DNA from: Mobula hypostoma
Taxonomy: Eukaryota
Reading direction: 5' to 3'
Length of the DNA: 64,000 nucleotides
NCBI RefSeq assembly: GCF_963921235.1
Contig: NC_086097.1
Span: 129,582,001-129,646,000, forward strand
The stretch's first letter is position 1; every line of letters begins with the position of its first letter. The position numbers and the translations under genes are program-made. The notes under the pieces were generated by a model. The model was not told where the DNA came from. It worked only from the letters and a program-made list of their open reading frames with translations, and did no database searches. Shown piece after piece: positions 38,832 through 49,959 of the stretch.

Positions 38832-39649
38832 AGACTTGTCTTTTATTCTGTCGGCAACATGCAGACAAATCAAAATCCCACTTTTGAAGGCCACTCATTT
38901 TCCAAGCTTTGCCTGACAAAAGACCTATCCCAATCCACACCTGCCTGGCCCGAAATGTCGACTGTACCTCCTCCTATAGATGCTGCCTGGCCTGCTGCGT
39001 TCACCGGCATTTTTTGTGTGTGCTGCCAAAGTTGGCCTCGGATGGTTATGCGCAAAATGTAGACAAATGGACTAGTTCGGGAAGACATACTGGTTGACAT
39101 AGCTGAGTTGGGCCTAAGAGACTGCTTCTGTGCTGTAAACTCTTTGACTTTATTTTCTTAAATAGCATGTAAAATGAGTTAGATCGCAGATTACCCATGA
39201 TGCGATTGAATGGTAAAACAGATTTGGGTTAAAGGCTCTTCCTGTTTCTTTAAAATGAACATGATAAAATAAGTGGCCAATATTTTACTACCATGATAAT
39301 CTTGCTGATAAATACCATAAATTTAAGCTGTTCTATTCGTCAATTTTTCACTATGGGTTCTCATCAGTCTGCTAAAAATGCCCCAGAATTTTCTGAATGT
39401 TCCTTGAGGGGGTGGCACTTGGCACTGAGGGTCTAGGCCCAGTGTTGCAGAATCAGCAATTTTTGCAGTATGTATAGCCACAGACATTACGCAGAACGCA
39501 TGCGTAAGATCCCTACTTACAGTTAACATTTTTTGTAGCTTGAGAAATTCAAAAGCAGTAAGTATCTGGTACATTCAAAACTAGAAAATTGAAGTATGTG
39601 TTAGTCTTGGAATCAGAATGATGATTTTTAGGTTACTTACAAGTTAAAC

Positions 39650-39970
39650 AGAGCCACTGCATCACACCTGCAGTGACCCAGATTCTATTCTATTCTGTTC
39701 TGTCTGTGTGGAGTTTGCACATGCTCTCTGTGACCATGTGGTTTTCTCCTGGGCTCTCCAGTTTTCTCTCACAATCCAAAGGCACATTGTTTAATAGGTT
39801 AATTGAACACTATAAATTGCCCCTGGTATAGGTAGGTCTGTGGAAGGAGAATTAAGGTTGAATTGATCCACACATGAGTGGAAGTGGGTTGCAGAGAACC
39901 AAGTGGGTGAATGTGTTTAATGGGATCGCTCTGATAGCTAGTGTATACTTGATAGGCCAAATGGCTCCCT
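39650..39970 (+). mobile_element. HE1-like SINE
   Basis: GTCTGTGTGGAGTTTGCACATGCTCTCTGTGACCATGTGG..TAAATTGCCCCT core with a CR1-like tail. Confidence 0.65.
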
Positions 39971-40399
39971 CCTATTTCATGTGAAATGTGAGGTAAATTG
40001 AAGTAACTCTGAGGTAAAATGAGGCAAATATGAAATTCTTAGTGCTGATGACCTGATATAAAAAAAATATTTCCTGGTTCTGGATGTGACTGGCCACCCC
40101 TAGTTTCCTTTTAAAGGTGGAAGTGGACTGTGCAATCCTTCTGGTTAAAGTTATTCCTATGATGCTGTTGGACCTCATCCACTGGGCTGTTTTCCCATTG
40201 ATTTAAGTTTTGTAGTTCTTCGATGCTACAGCCAGACAAATGCTAACGGAAGGTTACTCACTCTTGCCTCACCTCTAGAATTCATGTTTGGATCAAAGAA
40301 GTAGTGAGGTCTGAAGTTAATGAGCAGTTTATTGGTGAGTCAGTAAGAAGTATGACCAGTATCCATGGAAGAAGGCTGGTTTCCTAGATGTGCTGAGCT

Positions 40400-40830
40400 G
40401 TACCTACAACTCTGCCGTCATGGGCAAAACAGTTTCCATACCAAGCCATGCTGCATCCAGACAGGATGCTTCCTATGGTACATCAATTAAAAATTGGTGA
40501 GGGTTGACAGGGATGTGGCAAATTTCTTTAGCTTCCTGAGGAAGTAGAGATATTGGTGAGGTTTTTTGGCCGTGGTATCTATGGGTGGACCAAGACAGGC
40601 TATTAGTGATGTAAATTCCCTGGAACTTGAAGCTCTCAACCTTGGCACCATTGATATGGATGAGCGTGTGCACTGCCCAACCTCTTTCTCCCCCCAAAGG
40701 TCAATGATTAACTTTTGTTTTAACACTGAGGACAAGGTGTTGTCATGACGTCATGTTACCTGGTGCTCTATCTCCTTCCAACACTCTGACTCAGTATTAT
40801 TTGACATATGGCTCATTATGGTGTTACATG
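40400..40830 (-). mobile_element. Rex1/Babar fragment
   Basis: INGAKVESFKFQGIYITNSLSW and KKPHQYLYFLRKLKKF. Confidence 0.8.
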
Positions 40831-40912
40831 TTATATAACTGAGCAACTTTCCCCATTGTCAGGTAGAGCTTATCTAGAGGTATAGCTAGCTATTGAGTGC
40901 GTCTTCAATACT

Positions 40913-41078
40913 ACCGTGCCTATAAAAAGTATTTCCTCTCCCTCCCCTCCCCCCCCAAGAAGTTTTCATGTTTTATTGTTTTACAACATTGAATAACAGT
41001 GGATTTAATTTGGCTTTTTTGACACTGGTCAACAGAAAAAGACTTGTATGTCAAAGTGAAAACAGATCATTACAAAAT
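40913..41078. mobile_element. Isolated Tc1-type terminal repeat fragment
   Basis: TACCGTGCCTATAAAAAGTATT resembles a TA|CAGTG..AAAAGTATT Tc1 end; no partner end found. Confidence 0.5.
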
Positions 41079-41751
41079 GTTCAGTAAATCTTGTGTTTAT
41101 TCTGTGGGAGCCACGGAACTTTTTTTTTGCTTGAATGCTGACTACTTGCGAAGTGGAAAGCATTAGAAATAACTCCAGTTTTCTGACACTAAATGCCAGG
41201 CCTGTCTCTAAACAGCAATTTTAATTTGTTTTTGCAACATTACAACAGTTTCTTCACGGACATTTTCTCAAGGTAAACAGTCAATTGGCTCAAATTGTTT
41301 AGCAGTATGTTACAATACAGTTTGATACAATTTGTAGCATAGGAGTTGGTATCTTTTCCCATTATATTGATAGTAAGTGCTTTTGACTTGCCATTAATTG
41401 TCCAGAATTTACTGGCGAACTAAAATTACTGAATGCCCTATTAATGAAACATCAGATTTGAAGTGGCAAGCTAGCATTACGCACTTCAGCATACATCAAT
41501 ATGTCTGAACAGTCACATATGCTAATGTGCATAATAGTAGCCTGCCAGTATTATGGCGGGCTAGTAATATTGCCATGTTATTACAAAAACTCACAGTGAG
41601 TCCCCTTGGTTAGCATAGGATTTCAAAGTCAAGTTTAATTTGAGTTGTATAGAAACAATACAAATTTTAAATCGATAAAGGATCTGATTGGTAGGGGTTG
41701 CAAGCTAAATTGTATGTGACCTGTCAGAATTAGAATTGAAAATACACATCG

Positions 41752-42445
41752 ACTAAGATGTTAACTGTCCTGTGCTATCACCAGTGGGATCATCAGTTGA
41801 TCTGCCACCTGTCTTCAGGAGTTTTGGCCCACTTATGATCAAGACTCCCTCGAGGTGGTGGGCCAGCAGTGCTAAAGCACCACCTCCCACTGATGAGCTC
41901 AAAAACTTGGCATCTGCCTCTATCAGAGTTGTTGGTCGCTTCCATCCAACAGATAGTCTACTCTTCAGGTGTCTATGCACCTACTGAAGGGTTTGCAAAA
42001 GATGAATACACTGTCTGACTATCCGCCCCTCTGGATGTACTTGGTCCACACCCATGATGATCCTGTCTCTGCTGCCCTGCTGGTTGACTTGATCTTTCTT
42101 CTAGTGAAGCCAAGGTCACGCAGCCATTTCTGGAAAGTGAACGCAATAAAGCCATGGCAACCTGCTTCGATTGGATAGCATGAGACCTTCCACCCTCTGT
42201 CTCTGCACTCTGATCTTAATTCTGCATACTTGGTTAACTTGCGCTCATGGGCTGCATCGATGTTGTCTTCCCAGGGGACTGAGTTCACCAGTAACCACTT
42301 CCCTACTGGTGTCAGACCATACGATTATATCTGGACGCAATGTGGTGAAAGCTATTTGCTCCGGGAAACTGCCTTTCCCATCCAGGTCAGCCTTGACACA
42401 CCAATCATTGGCTGAAGAAAGTATACATCCATGCTTGGTGTGCTA
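41752..42445 (-). mobile_element. Hero-clade (restriction-like endonuclease) non-LTR retrotransposon, 3' fragment
   Basis: DWCVKADLD..FPEQIAFTTLRPDIIVWS..EL/VPWEDNIDAAHERKLTKYAELRSECRDRGW..PIEAGCHGF..AAETGSSWVW; PD-(D/E)xK-type motifs; stop at 42019 followed by ~270 nt of 3' UTR. Confidence 0.88.
41783..41858 (-). ncRNA. Hammerhead-ribozyme-like motif with non-circularly permuted strand order (G12>A in this copy)
   Basis: CCACCU-cga-GGGAGUC-UUGAUC-aua-AGUGGG-cc-AAAA-CUCCU-gaagac-AGGUGG-ca-GAUCAA-CUGAUGA-u-CCCACU; four 6-bp complementary pairings around the core nucleotides. Confidence 0.65.
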
Positions 42446-42999
42446 ACTTAATATTTCATAATGGGAAATGTAGTACTATTCAACAGAACATGCCATGTTG
42501 TAAAGCTGTTTATTTTAATTAATTGTTTAAGATATTGTGGGTCTAGTGTCTCAGCAACCAGTGCAGTTGATGCCTTATTTAAAATTTACCAACTTGGGAA
42601 TTAACTGGGAAACTTTCTGGTACCAATCCTACATGTCACTGACAAATTGCTGTCACTCACAGAGAGGTTGAGAAATCTTGCATAACCACTGAATTTTAAT
42701 GAACGAGACATGCGAGAGCTCTTAAAAAATTATAAAAGGATTTAATCAGCTGAATGTAAAGAGCATACTACCGCTTGAATCCCTAACCCTAACAAATGAA
42801 GAAGAAACTCCCTCACTTAGAGAATATTTAGAGTGTGGAGTTTACTTCCATATGGAAAAAGTAAAGTTGGTGTAACTTCCATTTAGGGAAGTTGGGAAAA
42901 CAAAGAAGAAAATGAATACAAATAATGTAGTGGTCAATGCTGGTGGGATAAAGTGAAGAAGACTGGCGGGTGGTTTGTGTACGGTAGAGAGAGACTGGC

Positions 43000-43630
43000 A
43001 TACAGCAGTTAATGCTGTCATCCATAGTGAGTGGAGCCCTAGCTACGTATCAGCTATTCCTGCACGTCTTCTTTCATACCCTTGCCTCCTGGACAGAACA
43101 AGGATTCTCCTGTCGTCACTTTCCGTTCACTAGTCTTCGCAGTGAACAGGTTGCCTTTTCCAGTTTCTGCTGCTTTCAAAGAGTGGCATGTGGCACCACC
43201 ACGCACATCATCCCCACCCCTCCTCTTTTGAAGGGACTATTCTGTTCATGACTCCCCAGTCTGTTCTTTATTACAGCACTTTCCTATGCATCTGCAAGAG
43301 ATGCAACACAACGTCCTTTCACCTTTTCACTTCCTGCCTTCCAGGGACCCCAAAAAGTCCTTCTAGGTGAAGCAGAAATTCACTTGTTCTGATGTTCTGC
43401 ATTCAGTGTTCATATTGTGGTCTTTATATTGGAGAAACCATTGGGTTATTTCTTTGTGGAGCACCAACATTACTCAAGTTCAGTGTCCACAGTGATAAAT
43501 CTGAACTTCTGTTACCTCCAAGCTAATTCCTCCCTTGCACCAACAACCTCCCACCCCCCAGACCTGTCGATCTGTGGTCTGTTTCACTATTATTACAGGC
43601 CCGTTGTAAGCTTCAGCAGTAGCTCCTAAA
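43000..43630 (+). mobile_element. Old Penelope-like fragment
   Basis: Decayed similarity to the reverse complement of 22909-23866 (TGCAAGAGATGCAACAC, CAGGGACCCCAAAA, TATATTGGAGAAACC = YIGET). Confidence 0.55.
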
Positions 43631-43911
43631 CTTTGACCCAATCTCTGATGGAAATACTAAATGAAAACAGAAAATGCTGGAAAATACAGCACTATAGAAA
43701 GAGAAACTGAGTTGGTGTATTGGGTTGAAGACCCTTTGTCAGATCTTGTGCATCAGAATGCATGAAGCTTTAATTCTGGAGCGATAAGTCATTGTTCTTC
43801 ATCAATAGTTTTCTATCATAAGAGTGGATATAATCTCTGATGACTGGTCAGTGTTCAATTTCATTAGTAACACAGAAAATGAAGCACAGAGCAGACATGG
43901 ACAGACATTAG

Positions 43912-46277
43912 CAGAACAGGCCATTTTAGACTGGGTATTGAGCAATGAGGAAGGATTAGTTAGCAATCTTGTCGTGCGAGGTCCCTTGGGTAAGAGTGAC
44001 CATAATATGGTGGAATTCTTCATTAAGATGGAGAGTGATATAGTTAATTCAGTAACAAAGGTTCTGAACTTAAAGAAGGGTAACTTTGAAGGTATGAGAC
44101 GTGAATTAGATAGACTGGCAAATGATACTTAAAGGGTTGACGGTGGATATGCAATGGCAAGCATTTAAAGATCGCATGGATGAACTACAACAATTGTTCA
44201 TCCCAGTTTGGCAGAAGAATAAACCAGGGAAGGTAGTGCACCTGTGGCTGACAAGAGAAGTTAGGGACAGTATTAATTCCAAAGAAGAAACATACAAATT
44301 AGCCAGAAAAAGTGGCACACCTGAGAAGTGGGAGAAATTCAGAGTCCAGCAGAGGAGGACAAAGGGCTTAATTAGGAAAGGGAAAAAAAGATTATGAGAG
44401 AAAGCTGGCAGGGAACATAAAAACTGACTGTAAAAGCTTTTATAGATATGTGAAAAGAAAAAGATTGGTTAAGACAAATGTAGGTCCCTTACCGTCAGAA
44501 AGAGGTGAATTGATCATGGGGAACAAGGACATGGCAGACCAATTGAATAACTACTTTGGTTCTGTCTTCACTAAGGAGGACATAAATAATCTTCTGGAAA
44601 TAGTAGGGGACAGAGGGTCCAGTGAGATGGAGGAACTGAGGGACATTCATGTTAGTAGGGAAGTGGTGTTAGGTAAATTGAAGGGATTAAAGGCAGATAA
44701 AGTCCCCAGGACCAGATGGTCTGCATCCCAGAGTGCTTAAGGAAGTAGCCCAAGAAATAGTGGATGCATTAGTGATAATTTTTCAAAACTCTTCAGATTC
44801 TGGATTAATTCCTGAGGACTGGAGGGTGGCTAATGTAACCCTGCTTTTTAAAAAAGGAGGGAGAGAGAAACCGGCGAATTGTAGACCGGTAAGCCTGACA
44901 TCAGTGGTGGGGAAAATGCTAGAGTCAGTTATCAAAGATGTGATAACAGCACATTTGGAAAGCGGTGAAATCATTGGATAAAGTCAGCATGGATTTGTGA
45001 AAGGAAAATCATGTCTGACAAATCTCAGAATTTTTTGAGGATGTAGCTAGTAGAGTGGATAGGGGAGAATGAGTGGATGTGGTATATTTGGATTTTCAAA
45101 AGGCTTTTGACAAGGTCCCACATAGGAGATTAATGTGCAAACTTAAAGCACACGGTATTGGGGGTATGGTATTGATGTGGATAGAGAATTGGTTGGCAGA
45201 CAGGATGCAAAGAGTGGGAATAAACGGGACCTTTTCAGAATGGCAGGCAGTGACTAGTGGGGTACCGCAAGGCTCAGTGCTGGGACCCCAGTTGTTTACA
45301 ATATATATTAATAACTTAGACGAGGGAATTAAATGCAGCATTTCCAAGTTTGCGGATGACACGAAGTTGGGCGGCAGTATTAGCTGTGAGGAGGATGCTA
45401 AGAGGATGTAGGGTGACTTGGATAGGTTAGGTGAGTGGGCAAATTCATGGCCGATGCAATTTAGTGTGGATAAATGTGAGGTTATCCACTTTGGTGGCAA
45501 GAACAGGAAAATAGGTTATTATCTGAATGCTGGTCGATTAGGAAAAGGGGAGGTGCAACGAGACCTGGGTGTCATTGTATACCAGTCATTGAAAGTGGGC
45601 ATGCAGGTACAGCAGGCGGTGAAAAAGGCGAATGGTATGCTGGCATTCATAGCAAGAGGATTCGAGTACAGGAGCAGGGAGGTACTGCTGCAGTTGTACA
45701 AGGCCTTGGTGAGACCACACCTGGAGTATTGTGTGCAGTTTTGGTCCCCTAATCTGAGGAAAGACATTCTTGCCATAGAGGGAGTACAAAGAAGGTTCAT
45801 CAGATTGATTCCTGGGATGGCAGGACTTTCATATGAAGAAAGACTGGATCGACTAGGCTTATACTCCCTGGAATTTAGAAGATTGAGGGGGGGATCTTAC
45901 TGAAACGTATAAAATTCTAAATGGATTGGACAGGCTAGATACAGGAAGATTGTTCCCGATGTTGGGGAAGTCCAGAACGAGGGGTCACAGTTTAAGGATA
46001 AAGGGGAAGCCTTTTAGGTCCGAGATGAGAAAAAACTTCTTCACTCAATGTGGTGAATCTGTGGAATTCTCTGCCACAGGAAACAGTTGAGGCCAGTTCA
46101 TTGGCTATATTTAAGAGGGAGTTAGATATGGCCCTTGTGGCTAAAGGGATCAGGGGGTATAGGGAGAAGGCAGATACAGGGTTCTGAGTTGGATGATCAG
46201 CCATGAGCATACTGAATGGCAGTGCAGTCTCGAAGGGCCGAATGGCCTACTCGTGCACCTATTTTCTATGTTTCTAT
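43912..46277 (+). mobile_element. 5'-truncated CR1 LINE, same subfamily as 14435-16892, with several frameshifts
   Basis: Collinear and highly similar by eye to 14518-16886; RT motifs; TTTTCTATGTTTCTAT tail. Confidence 0.96.
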
Positions 46278-47574
46278 TGACACTATTAAACCTGCGTGAA
46301 TAAGTAACAGTTAACTTGTTTTTGTCCTATTGATGCCAAGCAAGGATTGGGTCCAGCAAGACTACTTCTAACCACTTGCTTTTGATTTTCAATAATACTA
46401 CCAACACGGAGTCCACCACCCTCAACTTCTTGAAGGTCACGATTCACTCAAAATCAAGCATTGTGGCAGTACTGTAACTGCAAGTGCAGATCAAAGACTG
46501 TGTGCCCCGTAACAAATGACTGTCCTTCTGACTCCTGGAAGCCTTTCCACCGTCAGCAAGCCACAAGTTAACAGTGTGGTGGAATGCTCACCAGTTATCT
46601 GGAAGAGTGCAACTCCATCACCAATTGAGAAGTGTGATACCACTCAGACGAAGTCACTTGTTTGATTGGGAATTTATCCACCACCTTGAATATTCATTCC
46701 CATCACGTCCAGCACACATTGCTAGTGTTTCCATCTTCCTGAGTTAGTTGCCTAGACTACTCCAATAAGACCTAACCAGTGATTCTACCACCTGAGAAGT
46801 CAAGTGTACTGGGTTCATGGGAATGCCTCGAAGTTCCACACCAATCTGACCAGGAACAACCGTTACAGTCACTTATATGCATGGTTTTGTAAACTCGCGA
46901 ACAACCCCTCTGTGGATATAAATATTCCTAGGAACATAAGGCAACATTACAGGAGCAAATTAACAACAGACGCTGTTTACTATAGTTTGAGTAATTGGGA
47001 TTGATTACTTCGGGGTCCCTTGCACTATCCAGACTAAATAAGTTGTTTAAATGGGGCAAAGAACTTTCTCACCATCCACTGCTGAAGTAACAAACTAGCA
47101 CAAATAGTGCTCATAGTGGTAATATTATTAGTGAATATTAAGCTTATTAATGTTAAATTATTTATTATACTTTAAAAAACATTCTGTAGGTAGTAGTTAA
47201 AAATGGAATCCTAGTTACTGAGTTTGGAGCCATTTCTGGATTGTAAACCCTATGTGATTTGAGGCTGTAGTGTATTACCATTTCTTTATGGCTGACTCTA
47301 AATCTTGAACTGCCTGCTTAACAATTTTGTTGGGAGCATCTTTACCAGAATGATTACAGCAGTTCTTTCTTTCAGGCAACTGGGGATGGGCAATAACTAA
47401 TGACTTTAATATTTGCATCCTGTTAAATAGAAAGGTGCATAATAGTTTGAAGTTGGCACCATTAACGCATTTGAGGGAAGACATTGTACATGAGGCAGAG
47501 GGGAATGGAGGCCCAAAATTACCTGTTCTTTTTTGAGATGAAAATAGTTTGTACAGTTCGAAGTGTGAATCTAA

Positions 47575-47727
<153 letters not shown>

Positions 47728-48296
47728 TAGTGTTACTGTAATAAAATGGTGGTAGTCAATAATATAAGTACTTTATTGATCCCGAGTGGGAAATTACAGC
47801 ATCACCATTTAAAAACACTTAGCAATAATAATTAATAATAAATATAAACTAAAAAAGTACAGATTAAAATGCACAATAATTTACTAATGTGCAATAATAA
47901 TGTAGGAAATAATAAAACAGAGATCATTGTACTATGATGTGTGTTCTCCCGTTGCACAGAGATGAACTGTTGTATATGATTACTGCATTTGATAGTGTAT
48001 TTGTTTTATCATGAAAAATATTTTGTGTAACAAATTTAATTGAAAGCAGCAATTTAAATAAACTTGTACTTCTATTAAGTTTTAACAATGTTTTAATTTT
48101 AGTTCCTGATTCCATAATGATTTAATCACACATTGGGTAGGGAGGAATTCATTTTGAATAAAATGCTTGCCTTATCTAGCCCATCTGTGTATTTGTAGTT
48201 AACACACTTGCTGTGAGGTCATTGGATGTGTAATTTAGGCAAATAATTTAAATCAACTACCAAGACATGAAAAGTATGAAGTTTTATTATTAACTT

Positions 48297-49959
48297 AAAC
48301 ACAAGAGGTTCTACAGATGTTGGAAATCTTGAGCAACACACACAAAATGCAGGAGGAACTCAGCAAGTCAGGCAGCATCTGTTGAGGAAAATAAACAGTT
48401 GATGTTTTGAGCTGACTCCCTTCAACAGGACTGGAAATGTGAAAGGTGCAGAAGCAAGAATAAGACAACTGGGGGAGGGGAAGGAGTACAGCTGGCAGGT
48501 GATGTATGTGAGACCAAGTGACGGGGAGGTGGAAGGGTGGGGAAGATGGGATGAAGTGAAAAGCTGGGAGGGGATAGGTGGAAGAGGTAAACGGCTGAAG
48601 GAAGAATCTAACAGTACAGTGGAGCATGGAAGAAAGGGAAGGAGGAGGGGAACTAGAGGGAGGTGATGGCGAGGTGAGGGATGAAAGGGTAACCTGAATG
48701 GAAATGGAAAAGTGGGGGTGGGGGGGAGAAATTACTGAAGCTTAGAGAAATTGATGTTCATACTATCTGGTTGGAGGTTCGCCAGACAGAATGTTAAGTG
48801 TTGCTCTTTCAATTTGAGTTTGGCCACATTATAGCAGTAGAGGAGGCCATGGACAGGCATATCAGAATGGGAATTGGGATTAAAATGGGTAGCCGCTGGG
48901 TACCCTGCCTTTTGTGGTGGAACGAGTGAAGGTGCTTGACTGAGCAGTCCCCGAATCTGCATTAGGCCTTGCCAATGTAGAGGGGACCGCACAGGGTTCA
49001 CTGAATATAATAGATGACCTGACCTGACAGACTTGCTGGTGAATTGTCACTTCTCCTGTAATGACTGTTTAGGGCCTGAACGGTGGTGAAGAAGGAGGTG
49101 TATCCAGCACATTATTCTCCGTAACTTCTGACATCTCGAATGGGATCCTACCACTAACAACATCTTTCCCTATTCTGCCTACGTGACTCTGTGTGATCCC
49201 CTTGTCCACTCATCGCTCCTCACTGATCTCCCTTCTGGCACTTATCCCTGCAAGCATAGCAAGTGCAACACTTGCCCCGATACCTCCTCCCTGACTACCA
49301 TTCAAGATGCTTCTCTTTTACATTGGTGAGACCAGACGTTGACTGGGGGAAACCACTTCATCAAGCACCTTTGCTCTGTCTGCAGCAAAAGGCAGATTCT
49401 CAGTGGCTAACCATTTCAATTCCTTTTCCCATTCCCATTTTGGCATGTTTTTCCATGGTTGTCTCTACTGCATTAGAAGCCCAAACGGGTAGGAGGAGCA
49501 ACACTTCATATTCAATCTGGCTAGTCTGATGGCATGAACATCAATTTCTCTAATTTCTGGTTGTTTCTTTCCCCTTCCCTCCTCCTCTCTTTTTCATTTC
49601 CCATTCTGATTTCCCCTCTCACCCCTTCTTTTCTCCTTACTTGCCTGTCACCTCCCTCCGGTGCCCCCTCCTCCTTTCCTTTCTTCCATGGTCCACTGAG
49701 GTCTCCAATTAGTTTGCTCTTTCTTCAGCCCTTTTCTACCTCCACCTATCACCTTCCAGCTTCATATTTCATCCCCACTCCCTCATCCGCCCAAGTTCCA
49801 TCTCACTTGTTAGCTTGTTCTCCTCCCCCTCTGGCTACCTGCTTATTCTGGATACTACCCCTTTCCAGTCCTGATGAATGGTCAGAGCCTGAAACATTGA
49901 CTGTTTATCCCCTCCATAGATGTTGCCTGACCGACTGAGTTCCTCTGGTAATTTGTGTG
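48297..49959. mobile_element. Penelope-like insertion made of a minus-strand (48297-~49100) and a plus-strand (~49101-49959) 3' segment
   Basis: GIY-YIG remnants on both strands (PAATHFNPNSHSDM..NLQPDSMNINFS; YIGET..MNINFS); decayed 14-bp TSD TTTATTATTAACTT / TTTATCACTAACTT. Confidence 0.85.

Noticed and set aside
41886..41910. Plus-strand CTGATGAGCTCAAAAAC near the Hero 3' UTR as a second hammerhead
   Set aside because: No stem II or GAAA, no matching stem I/III partners, and antisense to the element.
42781..42793. CCCTAACCCTAAC telomere-like repeat
   Set aside because: Only two units; expected by chance.
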